64,000 nt of DNA, taken from Raillietiella orientalis (taxonomy: Eukaryota). Under the pieces are notes generated by a model. That model saw only the letters and a program-made list of their open reading frames with translations, was not told the origin of the DNA and did no database searches. Where the stretch lies: assembly GCA_036172245.1 (NCBI GenBank), contig JAYWIR010000006.1, positions 5,704,001-5,768,000 on the forward strand. Reading direction: 5' to 3'. The position numbers and the translations under genes were made by a program. This document shows positions 23,400 through 35,399 of the stretch, piece after piece. Every line of letters starts with the position of its first letter. Position 1 is the first letter of the stretch.

Positions 23400-26300
23400 A
23401 ACTGCTTTCACCGAGGCGGGTGAGTTGCTTCGAGCCTTCCATCTCTCTCCCCCTTGCCTCCGCCAGCCCTGCCATCGGGGAGAGATCAGAAGAGGCGTCC
23501 TCTCTGTCATCCCTGCGGGATCGCGGACCGTTCGGGGAGCAACAGGGAACCACGGGCGGCCGCCTCGCCCGCTTCTCCCAGGAGGGCGCTTCCGCGTTCG
23601 ACCATCGGCGGCGATCTTCCGCGTGAGGAGGACGTCGGAGAGCGGGAAGGATAGGAAGGGATCGGAGCAACGAGTGTCCAGGGAGGAACGCCGAGGGCAG
23701 CCGAGCATCTCCCTGATGCCTGGGGGCTGGCGTGGGCCTCCCAATTCTCCGACTCCTCTCTCCGGAGGGTCGGCCGGTAGATGCAGGCGCATCTCTCGGC
23801 CAGGGAGGCTCCTCCGGAGATCAGCAGCGCAGCCTCCCACGAGAAGAAGCCTCGCGGAGCGGAAGGTACCCGGAAGGAAAGCGCCTGGTCCCGCTAGAGG
23901 GGAAATTCTACCCAAGGGAAGATTCCGGATGATGCTGGCTACTCCCCGGGGCACGATGCCGGGCCATCAGGGACACCGCACGTTTACTGCGAGGGGTGAG
24001 TAAATGCGGGCGCTCCTGCATTGCGAACGGTGGGATCACGGAAGCTCCAGGTCCCCTCCCGATGGGAATTCGTCCCATGGAGACCTTTGGGCCAAGTCAT
24101 GCCCAGAGACCTCCCTGAGGACCCCTGCAGCAGTGGATTCGACCCTCCGCAGGGTTCCTTCGTTCCACTTCAGCGCCAGCACGCCGCCAGCTTGCCGCCG
24201 GTGCACCGAGACTTCCCTCGGAGCGAAGTGTTCCACCGCGCCTCTGCAGGAAGCATTGGGAGCTCCCAAGGGGCTCCCGGAACGGCTCAAGGCAGAGGGT
24301 GGTGCCCCGCCACGGTCACGCCTTTCCTCCATCTCGGTTTTCAAGGAGTGCTGAAGAACCGTTGGCAACCTTTCGGGGGGCTCACGAAGCTCTTTGACAC
24401 CACCTACGCCGCTCGAGGGTGCGTGTGACTCTTCAATTTAGAGGAGGTACCCCCGGAGGAGACTACCCCATGAATCCAGGAAGGCTCAGAGTGGGAAGGA
24501 GTCCGCTCTTCTCACGTCTGGGAGGGAAACCCGAAGGGGACTCTCGCCCTGGTTGTCTCTCAAGGGACCTCCCGCAAAAGAATTGCTTCCTGTTTCCTCC
24601 TCTGAAGAGAACCCTGAAGAGAGCAGCGTGCTTCTTGTGCACACTGGAGAGGTATCGATCCACCAACTTCATGTAGCGATGGAAACGTCCCCCCTCCCTT
24701 CAGAGGGAGAGTCTTTATTTTCACAACCGGAAGCATCCCCGGTTCCTGGAAGGACCGCGGAGGGTCCCCTTCCAATTCCGGAGGCCAGTCAACAGCGACA
24801 TTCCGGCTTCCGGCGCTTCTTCTACCAGCTCCGCACCCGAGGCCAACCAGCATCATCTCACGAGGAGAATTCCAAACCCACGACTCACCCCCCTTTCTCG
24901 GCGTCCACCCTTCTCCTCTAGGAGGGAGTCGAACCCGCGACGCCGCATGCAGAGGTTGCAGCCAACGGGCGCCAAAGTGGGCGGCCGTCTGGTTACGGTT
25001 CTCCATCCTGGAGGTTGTCGTGGCAAAGGACCGTCAGCGAGGGGGCGGCTGGTGGCGCGGGTCAGCTCCAACTGGCAGCGAAGGCGCCCTTCGTGATGGT
25101 CTTCCATTCCTGGTGCAACCTCTGGAGCATTAAAAGCTCGCAACAGGGCGCCGCCAGCCACTGCAAGAAAGAGGGGCGGTCAACCCTTCGCGACCACCCG
25201 GTGGTGGGACCCGAACTGCTCCCACCCGAGCAGGGACCTCTACGGAGCGTCCAGGAGATGCCGAGACGTCCGGAAGCAGCAGAGCAGCTTCGTATAGCTC
25301 CAGCATCCAGCATCTCAACGGCCGGTGCCAACCGAGTGTCTCCGTCCGACGGCTCCTCCTCCAGCGACCGCTGTCCCTTCTCCGGCGAGGCAGCCGGGAG
25401 CATTAGCAACAGCACCCCAACCCCCACACCCACAACGCGGTGACGCAAGGTCAGGGCAGCCTGGGGCTGTTTGCCCTCTGGGTGAGCTGATCAGGAAGAC
25501 GCGACTTCCCCTCCTCGCTCTTCCTTCCATGAGAGGGCACCCATGGACCAGCGAGACTCTCCCCAGCAGCCGCCGCCACTGGAGACGAGGGAGATTTCGC
25601 TTGGGCGGGAATTCGCCGACTGGCGGCGGGTCGGCCGCTGAGAGGCTCGGAGAGAGGAAAGAATACGGGAGAGGGGAGGAGAACGAGCAGACTAGAAAAA
25701 GAAAAAAATAAAATAACGACCTTAGGCTTGGATGCGTCCGATTCGCCACAGTTCGCGCGAGATGCTCGAGATTTCCCGGGATGCCCTCCACGTCCGAGAA
25801 GCCATCCCGCCTCAGTCTCGGTCGTGGCGGCTGCCCTTCTCGACGGCCTCCCTCCACCGCTTCTCCTCCTCCAGTGGAAGCGGAAGCGACGTGGCAGGGT
25901 GCTGCCCTTCCGCTTTCGCTGGAGGAATAAGACAGGGCGACAGTTTTGAGTTGGTGCTGAAAGCGTACAAGCTGACGCTGGCCGTCCTGCCCAGCGCCTC
26001 TCCGTGCACTCCGTCCGCGGCAGCATACGCCGACGACCTTCTGCTTCTGTTGCCCATGTCCACTCCACCGGACTCGGTCGAAGACTTCTTCGAGCTGATC
26101 CGTCGTGGAGCGGGCATGAGCGTTAACAGGGCGAAGTGCTCCGTCGTGCCGGTGAGTGCGTCGTGGGAGGGGCAGGCCGACTGGATCCGCCTGGGGATCC
26201 CCACGGTCAGGTACTTCAAGTACCTTGGCGTTCCGTTGGGCGACTTCTGCTCGTCTGAATCGTGGTCGGCCTGTCTTCAGAAGGCAGAGATGGCTCTAGG

Positions 26301-27830
26301 CCCGTTCCTGGAAGGCAAGTTCGTCTTGCCGGAAAGGGCGTGCATATGGAACACTTTTCTTGCCCCCCGCCTCTGCCCCTTATTTTTTGTTTGCCCGCCT
26401 CCCTATGTGGTTAAACTCAGGGCGCAGCGTCTCCTACGTAAGGTCTTGTGGGACGCTGCACGATCCAGGGTTCGCCTTAAAGATTTGGTGGCACCATGCC
26501 AGGACGCAGGCCTAGGCATTCTGACCATCCAGAAGATTGGACTGCAAGTGCAGTTCCGGCTTCTATCCCTATGTGGGAAATTGTGGTCTAATCACTGGTG
26601 TGCTCCGGCTCGCCATATCCTCGAGCGATGTGTGGGCAGTGCAGGATTGCTTTCGTTGCTGCCGCGCAACCTTCGCCGGAGAACTGGATTTGGCTACCGA
26701 CTGAGGCATCTGTCCTCGTTGTTGTTAGCCCATTCCTGGATTTCCTGCCGCCCCTCCAACTGGAATGCTTGGCAGCAGGAAGCTCTGGAGCACTGGACTT
26801 CCACTTTGAATGTGCGTCCAGAGCAACTGCGACCTCTAAAGGGCCTCTTACGCAAACCGCTAGGAGTGATCCTACAGGACTGGTCGCTTTGGTCCCGAGT
26901 AGCCGTCTCACCCATCGCCGCAGCGCTATCTGCCCTCAGGGCAAACAACGACAGTAGCCAACCGGCAAGGTGGGAGTTCTTCTGCAGCATTGCAGGAGTG
27001 GAAAGACTGCTGAGCGGCTGCAAAACAAGCGTGTTGGTAGAAGCTGCCACTCCTCGTTACCCGGCAAAGGGACTCCTTCGGTGGAGTGAGGTTGTTGGAT
27101 TACTCCCCGAAGATCTCGTGGTCCCTTCCTTGTGTGTGGACACCTCCGTGTTCCCGCTTCGATGGAAACAGGATGTTCTGCTTTTCCTGCACTGGGGATT
27201 TCAGTGCAATAAGCGCAGACACTTGGTTTCCGGGGGAGTCGCCTCCCCGAACTGCCTCAGGTCCGGAGCGATAGAATTGCTTACGCACCTGCTCCTTGAG
27301 TGCAGTGACTTGCGGGAGTTATGGCGGAGACTTGCTTCGGCACTTCGTCGTCCCCAGGACACTGTCATCGACCTGCTGCGACGCTTCTTCAACGAAGACG
27401 GACTGGATAAAGGCGCTGTGATCGCAACAAGCTGTTGCATCCGCGCCATCGTAACGGCCCGCCGTAAGCTACAAGGAAGCTCGCAGCGAATGGACGCCGC
27501 CAGGATAGCCGCGAACCTTATGAAGGTAGCTGTCAGGTGGCCTCATCTACCCAGAAAAGTCTCCAGGGAGTCGCCATCGTCAGACAGCGCTTCTAAGAAG
27601 ATGAGGAACGTTTAATGCCAAAGATCCCTGACCCCACCCTCCACTGTTTTTTTGTTTGTTCTGTTATGTTTTGTTTATTTTGTACCCCTCTCCCTCCGTT
27701 CCTTTCTTTTGGAAGGCGGCCTGCGTGCCGGTGATCCTTCCGGGCTGAACTTTCTGTATGGGCGTTCCTTGTGTCTTGAAGGGATGAATTTCCCTCCAAG
27801 ATTGTGGTTTCTTTTTACAAATAAACATCC
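23400..27830 (+). mobile_element. L1/Tx1-clade non-LTR retrotransposon: eroded ORF1-like + USP-like region (23.4-25.1 kb), possible endonuclease traces (25.45-25.65 kb), RT and zinc finger (25732-27615)
   Basis: ORF2 motifs SWRLP, GIRQGD, YADD, VNRAKC, KYLGVPL, AGLGI, CLRSGAIELLTHLLLEC; AATAAA near 27820. Upstream same-strand motifs ALLHC, QRQHAA, PFLHL, FLCTLERY, YQL, WLRFSILEV, APFVMVF. That the two halves belong to one element is inferred. Confidence 0.8.
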
Positions 27831-27899
27831 CGGCGCAACCGGGTTCAAACCGCTTTCGCTGGAGGAGACTTCAGTCGCCGGAGGACAGCTCAAGAGGCT

Positions 27900-29690
27900 C
27901 CGAGGTCACCGCGGACGCGGGGTGCGCGCACCACTCCCCAGGGACCGAGCTCGCGCGGGCGGTGGCGCCCGCCTCCTCTGGCCCAACCGGGCCTCCTCCG
28001 CAGTGGACCCGCAAGCTCCGAGGTGCCTCGCCGTCTACCTTGGGTGGGACGCCCTCTGCCGGTCGAGGTCCTTTGCTGCTCCGGGACCGGCCGCGTGTGT
28101 CCGTCATGAAGCACGGCGCTTCTGCTCCTCTCCCCTTCCCAGTGGCACCACGAGGTGTCTTCATGGCGCCCAAGACTACCGGATGCTGCCCCGCTTCGAG
28201 TGTCGCCGTTCCCACCTCACTTTGGTGTGGACTTAGGTGCGGGATCCCCGTTCCCTAAGGCTCCCCGGGCGGGCGCGCAGAGTTCCTGCCCGAGCATGCA
28301 GGCGTCCCGTTCCTTGCATTCCTCGGCTTCTTCCGCAACAGAAGACTGAGGAAGAGGATACACACAGCCCGAGGCGATCCGCGCACGGGCTGCAAGGAGG
28401 GAGAGCCTGCTCTGAGACGGCTGGGAGCTCGCCCGCTGGAAAGAAACAACCAGGAATGGAGCCAAGGCGAGGCGCTCCCTTGCCCCGTTCGGAGGAACGC
28501 CTGCTCCCAGGCGACCCCGAGAGGTCGTTCAGTTCCATTGCTGGTAAGACTCCTCTCCTAGGTGGCTGCCCCAAGCCCGGCTGGAAGCGCCGGGTCTTGA
28601 CACGGCTTCCGTCACGGAGGGCAACTGGAGCTCTGTGCTTTGGAAACGTACTCACATAAACGTAACAATAGGAATTTCGGGAGAAGCGACAGTGCAGTGC
28701 CGCTAGTGACCACCTGCGTCGAACAGATCATGGGTGCTGGGGTACCTTCCCTGGCTCTTGCCAGGTCAGACTCGCGGCAGAGCTCCGTGCAGTTCCTCCG
28801 CCCCCCATCCTAGCTCACCACTTTTGTGGCTGGGGAGCCAGAGAAAAGAAGAGGAGTGGAAGGTCGTGCGTGTCCGCAGCAGGGCGACTGTGGATCGGTC
28901 CACGCTACAGTATCGCCACTGCCCCGGTCCTTTCGAAAACCAAAAGAACCTGGCGTGAACCACCGAAAAGAAGGGGACTGGGGAACCTTTCCGATGAACT
29001 GGATAAAACGGAATCCACCGGGCTGACTTACCTCCCCCTTCCTCAAACGCTGCCTAGGTACGCTGGAAAGCTGAGTGAGCGCCGTCTCAAGGAACGCGCT
29101 TCGCGCCTCAGGACCGGACATGCAGGGAAAGACAGTAGCCTCCCCCCCTTCCACCTCCCCCAAAAAAAACCTTCCTGCTGGAAAGAGCCCCCATTCTCCG
29201 TGCGGGATGCTACGTGCCCTTCCGCTCCCCAACGGCCATACGAAGATGCTGAAATGTAAACTAAAAAAAAAATCTGCCCCACACGCGGTGCTAACCACGT
29301 GCCCGATGCGCACCTGACGCGCAAATACGGACGACGCGCCGCCTGCTCGCGAGCACCAGGGCAGGGGCACCGCACGGTTGACGGGGGATCGGCAAGCCAC
29401 GCGAAGCGCTCCCGACCTCGGCGCGAGTCGGCAAAACACCAAGGTAGAGGGAGGCACTCCATTTTGAGCACCCGAGCAACACGCATTTGGAGGGTTCACC
29501 AATCCTGAGCTCTTGCTCGTAACCCTCTGGTCAGATACGCCTTTGGCGCTGCAAGCAGCGCGAGGGCGCCACGAGGCGGCGGTTGCGAAGGGGCTCATGC
29601 TGTTCCCTCGTGTTGCCAAGGAATCATGGTCGCAAGAAACGTCCTCTTTTGTTTGGAGGAAACCCTCATAAAGGATGGTCCCTATCATAG
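27900..29690 (+). mobile_element. ORF1-like + USP-like relic
   Basis: Shares a ~165-bp segment (28051-28218) with 29964-30123; ATGALCFGNVLT* (Cys box, 28636); RQSSVQFL (28774). Confidence 0.55.
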
Positions 29691-29699
29691 GTTTTTTCC

Positions 29700-31100
29700 C
29701 TATTCACGCCCTGCTGGCTGCAGCAGGTGGCTTGCCTGCGTGCTGCTGGCCTCGGGCGCCACGCCTTCTGCTTCTTGCGGGCGGTGCTCCTCTGCTGGGC
29801 GTCGGTTCCAACTCCCGCCGGGACCAACTTCGCCCAGGCTTCCGCGGACCAGGTGGAGGATCCGACGCTCCCCTTGAGAGGCGGTGCGAGAAGGCAGTGT
29901 TCTCATCAATCCGTGACCTCTGATCGGATGCCCGAGGACGAAGGGGGAGGAGGCAGCAAAGGAGGCTCCTTCTGGCCGAGGTCCTTTACTGCTCTGAGAC
30001 CGGCCGAGTGTGTCCGTCTTGAAGCGTGCAGATTCCACCCCTCCCGGTGGTACCACGAGGGGTCTTCCAGGAGCCCAAGACTACCGGCTGCTGGCCCACT
30101 ACGAGTGCCATCGATCCCAACTCTCCTGCGCAGATTTCTCAGCCGAACATGCGCGCTCCTTGGAGCGGCACGTTCCCTTCCCCCTCTCCCCCTTCTCCTC
30201 CCTCACTCCCTCAACCCACCTCGAGGGCGGCGGTATCCATGGAAACTTCCCGAAGAAGCCTCAGGAAGAACCGCGAAGGCGACCACGGGGAAAGAGACAC
30301 CCCGTGGCCAGGAGAGGAGGTCCCGAAGTCGCCGCTGCGCGCAGAAGACGCAGCAGCAGCAGCAGATCTCTCTCCTTCCTGCCTGATCTTCTCAAGATTC
30401 CCTTTCCGCTTCTCTTCTCCGGACTCCGCTCCCGTCTTCGATAAGGCGTGTCCATCCCGCCCTTTCCACGCGCCGCGTATCCCGCAGCAACGGTTCTCGG
30501 ACACGCGTCGCTAACGGAAGGTTCGCATAAGTCTCCTTCAGCCGCGGCGAGAAGAGTTGCAAGGGTCCGGATCCGTGAACCCGTTTGAACTGCCCGTCCA
30601 TGTGGCCGCGTAGTGTTGCCAGTTCCCCTTCCGGTCTTCGGAACCCTCGTGAGCCCCTCTCGAAGCCTTTTGGAGCGTTTCCGCCTCCGCCGAGGTTTGC
30701 TTGCGTGGGCGACCGCACCTTTCTCGCTTCTTTGCGGCCCTTCGGCTCCCACAAGGAAGGGTTGCTATCTACGACTCAAAGGTCAGAGAGAGGCAATCGA
30801 GAAGCAAACCGAACACAAGAACGGGAACCAGGCCGAACGCCTTCTTGGCCAGCATTGTCAAGGGAACGCAGGCTGCAAATGCGTCGGGAAAGCACCACCG
30901 GAAGCGCCCAGTGACATTGGCACAACGCATCCTTTGGGAATCCTGCCGTCTCCAGCTCTGCTGCCCTCCCTTCCCAAGAGGGGATGCTGCTCCCCTCTCT
31001 CTTGCTCTTTGGATCTTAATGCAGCTGCTCCCGCGCGCCGCTACTTGGCAGTCCCTCGCTGTCTTGGGAGACGGCGCGAATCAGCACAGCTGCTATGCAT
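29700..31100 (+). mobile_element. ORF1-like + knuckle + USP-like relic
   Basis: AFCFLRAVLL, RSFTALRPAECVRLE..WYHE..QDYRLLAHYECH, TCAL..ERH, SNGSRTRVANG (Cys box with C->R), QHCQG. Confidence 0.5.
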
Positions 31101-31620
31101 TCCCACCCTGATGGTCCAAAGAATTCGATGCGCCGCCAACCTTGCGCCGGCAAAGGTGGACTCGTTGCTGGAAGCCAGAACGCAAGGACGAGGATGACGA
31201 AAAGCTACACGACGTATCGAAAGCGCGCCATCTGCCCCAACATCACAAGCCCTCCGGGCCACGAGGTGGCCCTGGATGACGTTCTGCTGTCGGTAGCCGG
31301 GAGGTCCACACCATCCCCAAGATATGCAACCTCCTTTCCATGTCGAGCGTGCAGTCACCACCGCTTATCCACTTTCAGGAGTATCGAAATTTTACGTTCG
31401 CAGCCGTAAACAGAAACAGAAAGGCCATCAAGGGCCAACAAAGGATAAAGGGGCCAACAAGGTGGTCCTCAAACCCGAAATGCGCGCATCTTCGATCGGA
31501 AATGGGGAGAATGGCAAAGACGACAGACGACCACGCAACTGGCAATCAAACTCTTCTTTGGCTGCAATGTCCTGACCAACGTATTTGATAAGCTGTCCAA
31601 CGTAATCTTTTATTTTCGTC
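31100..31620 (+). pseudogene. USP-like relic
   Basis: RCAAN, SQNA, KRAICPN, ALDDVL, FPCRACS, EILRSQP. Confidence 0.5.
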
Positions 31621-31935
31621 AGTCGCGCTCACAGACCTGGAGACAAAATGCCTTCAGGTCACGCAGTCTCAAGTGAGGCAATCAACACAGTTCACGTATC
31701 CGTTGATTGGAAATACTGGGTTACTGCCTTCTCCCTTCCAACTGTAAAAGAAACATTCTGACACAAAGGATGTGCATCTTTCGTGTGGTGAAACTTTTGC
31801 GACATCACTTCTTTCATTGATTTTAAAAGTGCGCATTACAGGTTAGAGGAAGCATTCATTCTACATTTTTACACTTCCACTTTCTGGGTAGGCTCCACAA
31901 CTGCTAAACTCCATCTCCAAAATTTGGTATGATAT

Positions 31936-33590
31936 TCAGGAATCATCAATCAAGTCATTCCAGCTTGGCTGACATACCAAGCGATGCTTAACTTCTCCTA
32001 AAATCACCAGGTGACCATCTTTGGCTTCTGAGTTCAGGTGCAACTGAGCTACCTCCTGGGGTTTTGGTATTCAAGCACTCACGGAAATATCCCAGAACTC
32101 CAAATTTACCTGTAGAAACTCAACCTGTGTGCCACTGCAAATGCTCAAGACATGGTTGTTATTGAGCTTCAACTCTGTGTTTCCAGATTCATGAACCTGA
32201 ATCACACCTATGTGGCCAGCAGGGAATGGTGGCAGTGATTCATCTTCCAATTTACCATCAGAAATGAAGGTACCAGGCAAGCAATCTGGAAGCTGAACTG
32301 AACATTTCAAAACATCTTGGAATCAGCTAACTGACCTGCAGAAACAAAAAGTCCTCTTCTCCAAGAGTTTCAAGATGCTGGACTAGAGTCTTCTGAGGCA
32401 AGGAGCGTGGCATGATGGGACATTCCTTGAATTCTTTTTTCACAAAATCACAACTCTCTTCATCCTTTAGTTCTTTTCTCACTAAAACAAGTATAGAAAC
32501 CAACTACATCACACACTAAACATTACCAACTACCCAGAGGCAGTTTGCATATACATGGAGTAGCTTAAATCAACATATCAATAAATGGGGAAATTTGCTA
32601 CCTGCCCACTTAAAAGGAAGCTGCACCGGATGTAGTCTGTCATCACCAAAGTTTTCTTCACTGTCCAGATAATCACTATGGAATAATTCCTTTAGCTTCT
32701 CTTCTTCTTCCTGTTTACTAAAAGATAACTAATACAAAACTCCAAAATTCTTTCTAATAAACTTTATACTTTGTTACTAAGTGATGGTTTTGGAATTGCT
32801 TGTTTAGTTTCAAGAATTTCCTTCTTGATGGACATTTTTCCAGTTCTCTTAGAAAGGCTACTTTCACTGATGCCCTCAGAAAATATTGAACCTTGAGTCT
32901 ACCATAATAAGAATAATGTGACAAGATTACCATGTTGCAATTATTACAATCTCTTTAGCAATGATTATGACATTGCAATAATCAAATCAGACATTATTGG
33001 CAGTCAGAACTTTGAAAGAAATTAAACATGAATACTGCAAAGGTGGCAGTGATTAGCAGCAGCTATAAGCAGTCACCGCAATAACATGACTTTTCACACT
33101 TCAGTTTGAACATGGATAGCAAGACCATTCTCACGAACCTGAATGAATTCGCGTTTCTCCTTTTTAGGTTCATTTTTTTTCTTCTGCTTTGTGGTGTCAG
33201 CTTGGATTAACTGGCTTGAATTGGCAGATCTACAAAAATGCAAGAAAGTAAATCAGGACTCTTAAAAGTGATGGCTGCATCCAGATGAATGCAGCCCAGT
33301 TTCATGAATTTACTGATCTAAATCACATACTCATCCAATTTTCTCTCCCTTCTCACAGAAAGGTTCGGCACGTAGGTCTTTTTCTGTTTCAAAACATTTG
33401 AATGCTTAGGATGCCCTAAGGCTGGGCTTCCCAGTCGTAACGTTAAGTCTCTGGGCCCATTAAGGGATGGCAATCTTCCGGTCAACAGAAGGCTGCTTGG
33501 CACATCAAACATACGATTCCTTAATTCGGTGTTGGCACTGTTTTTCTCTTCCGGCACACCAGAGGAAGGTTTTCCGTTTTTCGCATGCAT
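31936..33590 (-). CDS. POLR3D: RNA polymerase III subunit RPC4 (multi-exon)
   Basis: N-terminal RLPSLNGPRDLTL...KKTYVPNL; C-terminal QLPDCLPG...GHIGVIQVHESGNTEL...GTQVEFLQ|EVAQL...LGEVKHRLVCQPSWNDLIDDS*. Short GT-AG introns. Start at ATG 33590 (alternative 33512). Confidence 0.9.
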
Positions 33591-34637
33591 TGTACTGATC
33601 TGTAAGCGCAGTAATCCCTGCTGCAAGCTGCGGTGGCTGAAGGATTACCCGTGCAGCACATGAAACCCTTTCATGAGATTCGAAAGGATTCACTCGATCT
33701 TTCACGGAGATGCCTGCATGCCTCTCTGGGAGGGCCGAGGCACGCGGCTTGGCAGACGGCACGCAACGCAACTCTGAACTTCCCACCCGCAGGGCGGCGC
33801 GCATGGGCCCGCGTTGCGTCACGCTTGGGAAAAGGGAAAAGCAGCCATTTTCCTGCCCGAGGAGCCGAGGGGGGTGGGATGGGGCCCCGCCGCCGACGTC
33901 CCGGGGGTCGCAAGCGGGAAGGCTTCGGCTTGCTGGGTTTTTTTTCTTTTGTTTCTCCGCTCGGTGGTGCACCCGCGTGGAGGACTCGTCACCGCGCCTC
34001 GGGGAACAGCCACGAGGCCGTAGGTGCCACATCTCCGGTCAAACAAGAGACAGCCGACCCCGTATTTACACCGACCTTTTGATTCCTGCGCATTCCTGCG
34101 ATACGCTTTTTTTTTTTTTTTGGCTGTGTGCGTGTTTTACATTTTCCATTCGTATCTTTAATCTGCAAATCGCACTTTGGAAAAAATTTTCTTGCACGGT
34201 ACGAGTGGGCATTCGTCTTCCGGAAACGCCCGTTCTGTCTTTAGAAACATAAAAGTGCAATAGACCAAGTTCATTTCAACGTTGTGATGTTAAGACAAGA
34301 CGAAGACCAAGCAGCCGTCGTCATCACAAGATCCGGAGACGTGGGTGCGACCTTTTCTGAAAGGAAGTTTCCGAGGTCTTGAAGCAGTGGCAAACAAATG
34401 CAAATTTTACAAGGAGACAGTGATTTCGGTTGCACATGATCTTAAATCAGCAACCTATTGGCAACTTTTTTGCACCAGTTATGCAAGAATTCGTGCCTTC
34501 GGAACTTCTGCCTGGTAGAGTAAGGCGATAAACTGACGAAAGGATCCCAAGTGGACCAATGGGGACATTACCTCCATGTCACTGCCTCTGGATACAGGCA
34601 AACATACAAGAGTAATGGTAGTAAAAAAAAAAAAACA

Positions 34638-35260
34638 TACATGTGTATCATTAAACATGGTCCATGGAGAAGTGACTTCCCATTAGCTTGGAGCTGGCAA
34701 ATAGTACAGATATATGATGAAATGATGCACGGGGACAGCTTGGGAAATGCGGAAGTTCGGAGCGAAAGAATGGTCTGAATACTTTAACTGTTACAAAATT
34801 CAGGACCGTGCAAGCATCTACTAAATTCACTGGAGACTAATTTAAACCGAATTCATTACCCATTCATCGATAGCAACATTAGATGTAATGATTCTTCCGT
34901 GAAGGGATTGATTATTGTTTTAGCGTAAGCAACAGAAATTTTCGACGACCGGTCCTTTGAATGCTGCACTCGGGAAAAAGTCGAAGTGTTCGTTCAATGT
35001 AACTCGAAATCCAGAAAGAGCTGCAATGATTGTTAGTGCTGCTGCTCAAGAACCGGTATCTCTCATAAGTGAATGCTGGCATGAGAGTATGTTGCTGGGC
35101 CCTGGATCAGAAATTAATGCAGAACGAAGGCAGATGAGATTATGAAGATGACTGATTCTTCACTCTGCTGTTTCAGGAAGACCTCAGTATGCTGATGCAG
35201 CCATTACAAACACTCGGCGCTGGAAAACTTGGAGAAGCCCTTAGGGAGGAGACATTGGTT
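34638..35260 (-). pseudogene. USP-like relic
   Basis: PKGFSKFSSAEC..N (35245-35200), NF*SRAQQHT, and a near-canonical Asp box WTMFNDTHV (34664-34638). Confidence 0.65.
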
Positions 35261-35399
35261 CTGTGCGTCTAAAAAACCACAGTCCGCTAGTCTGCCACAA
35301 GAAATTTTAAATCTGACCACTGTTGGGTCCGCGCTATGAAGACCTGGCTAATTGCAACAAATGGAAAGCAAATTTCTTTTCTGAACAGAGGCGGAATTA

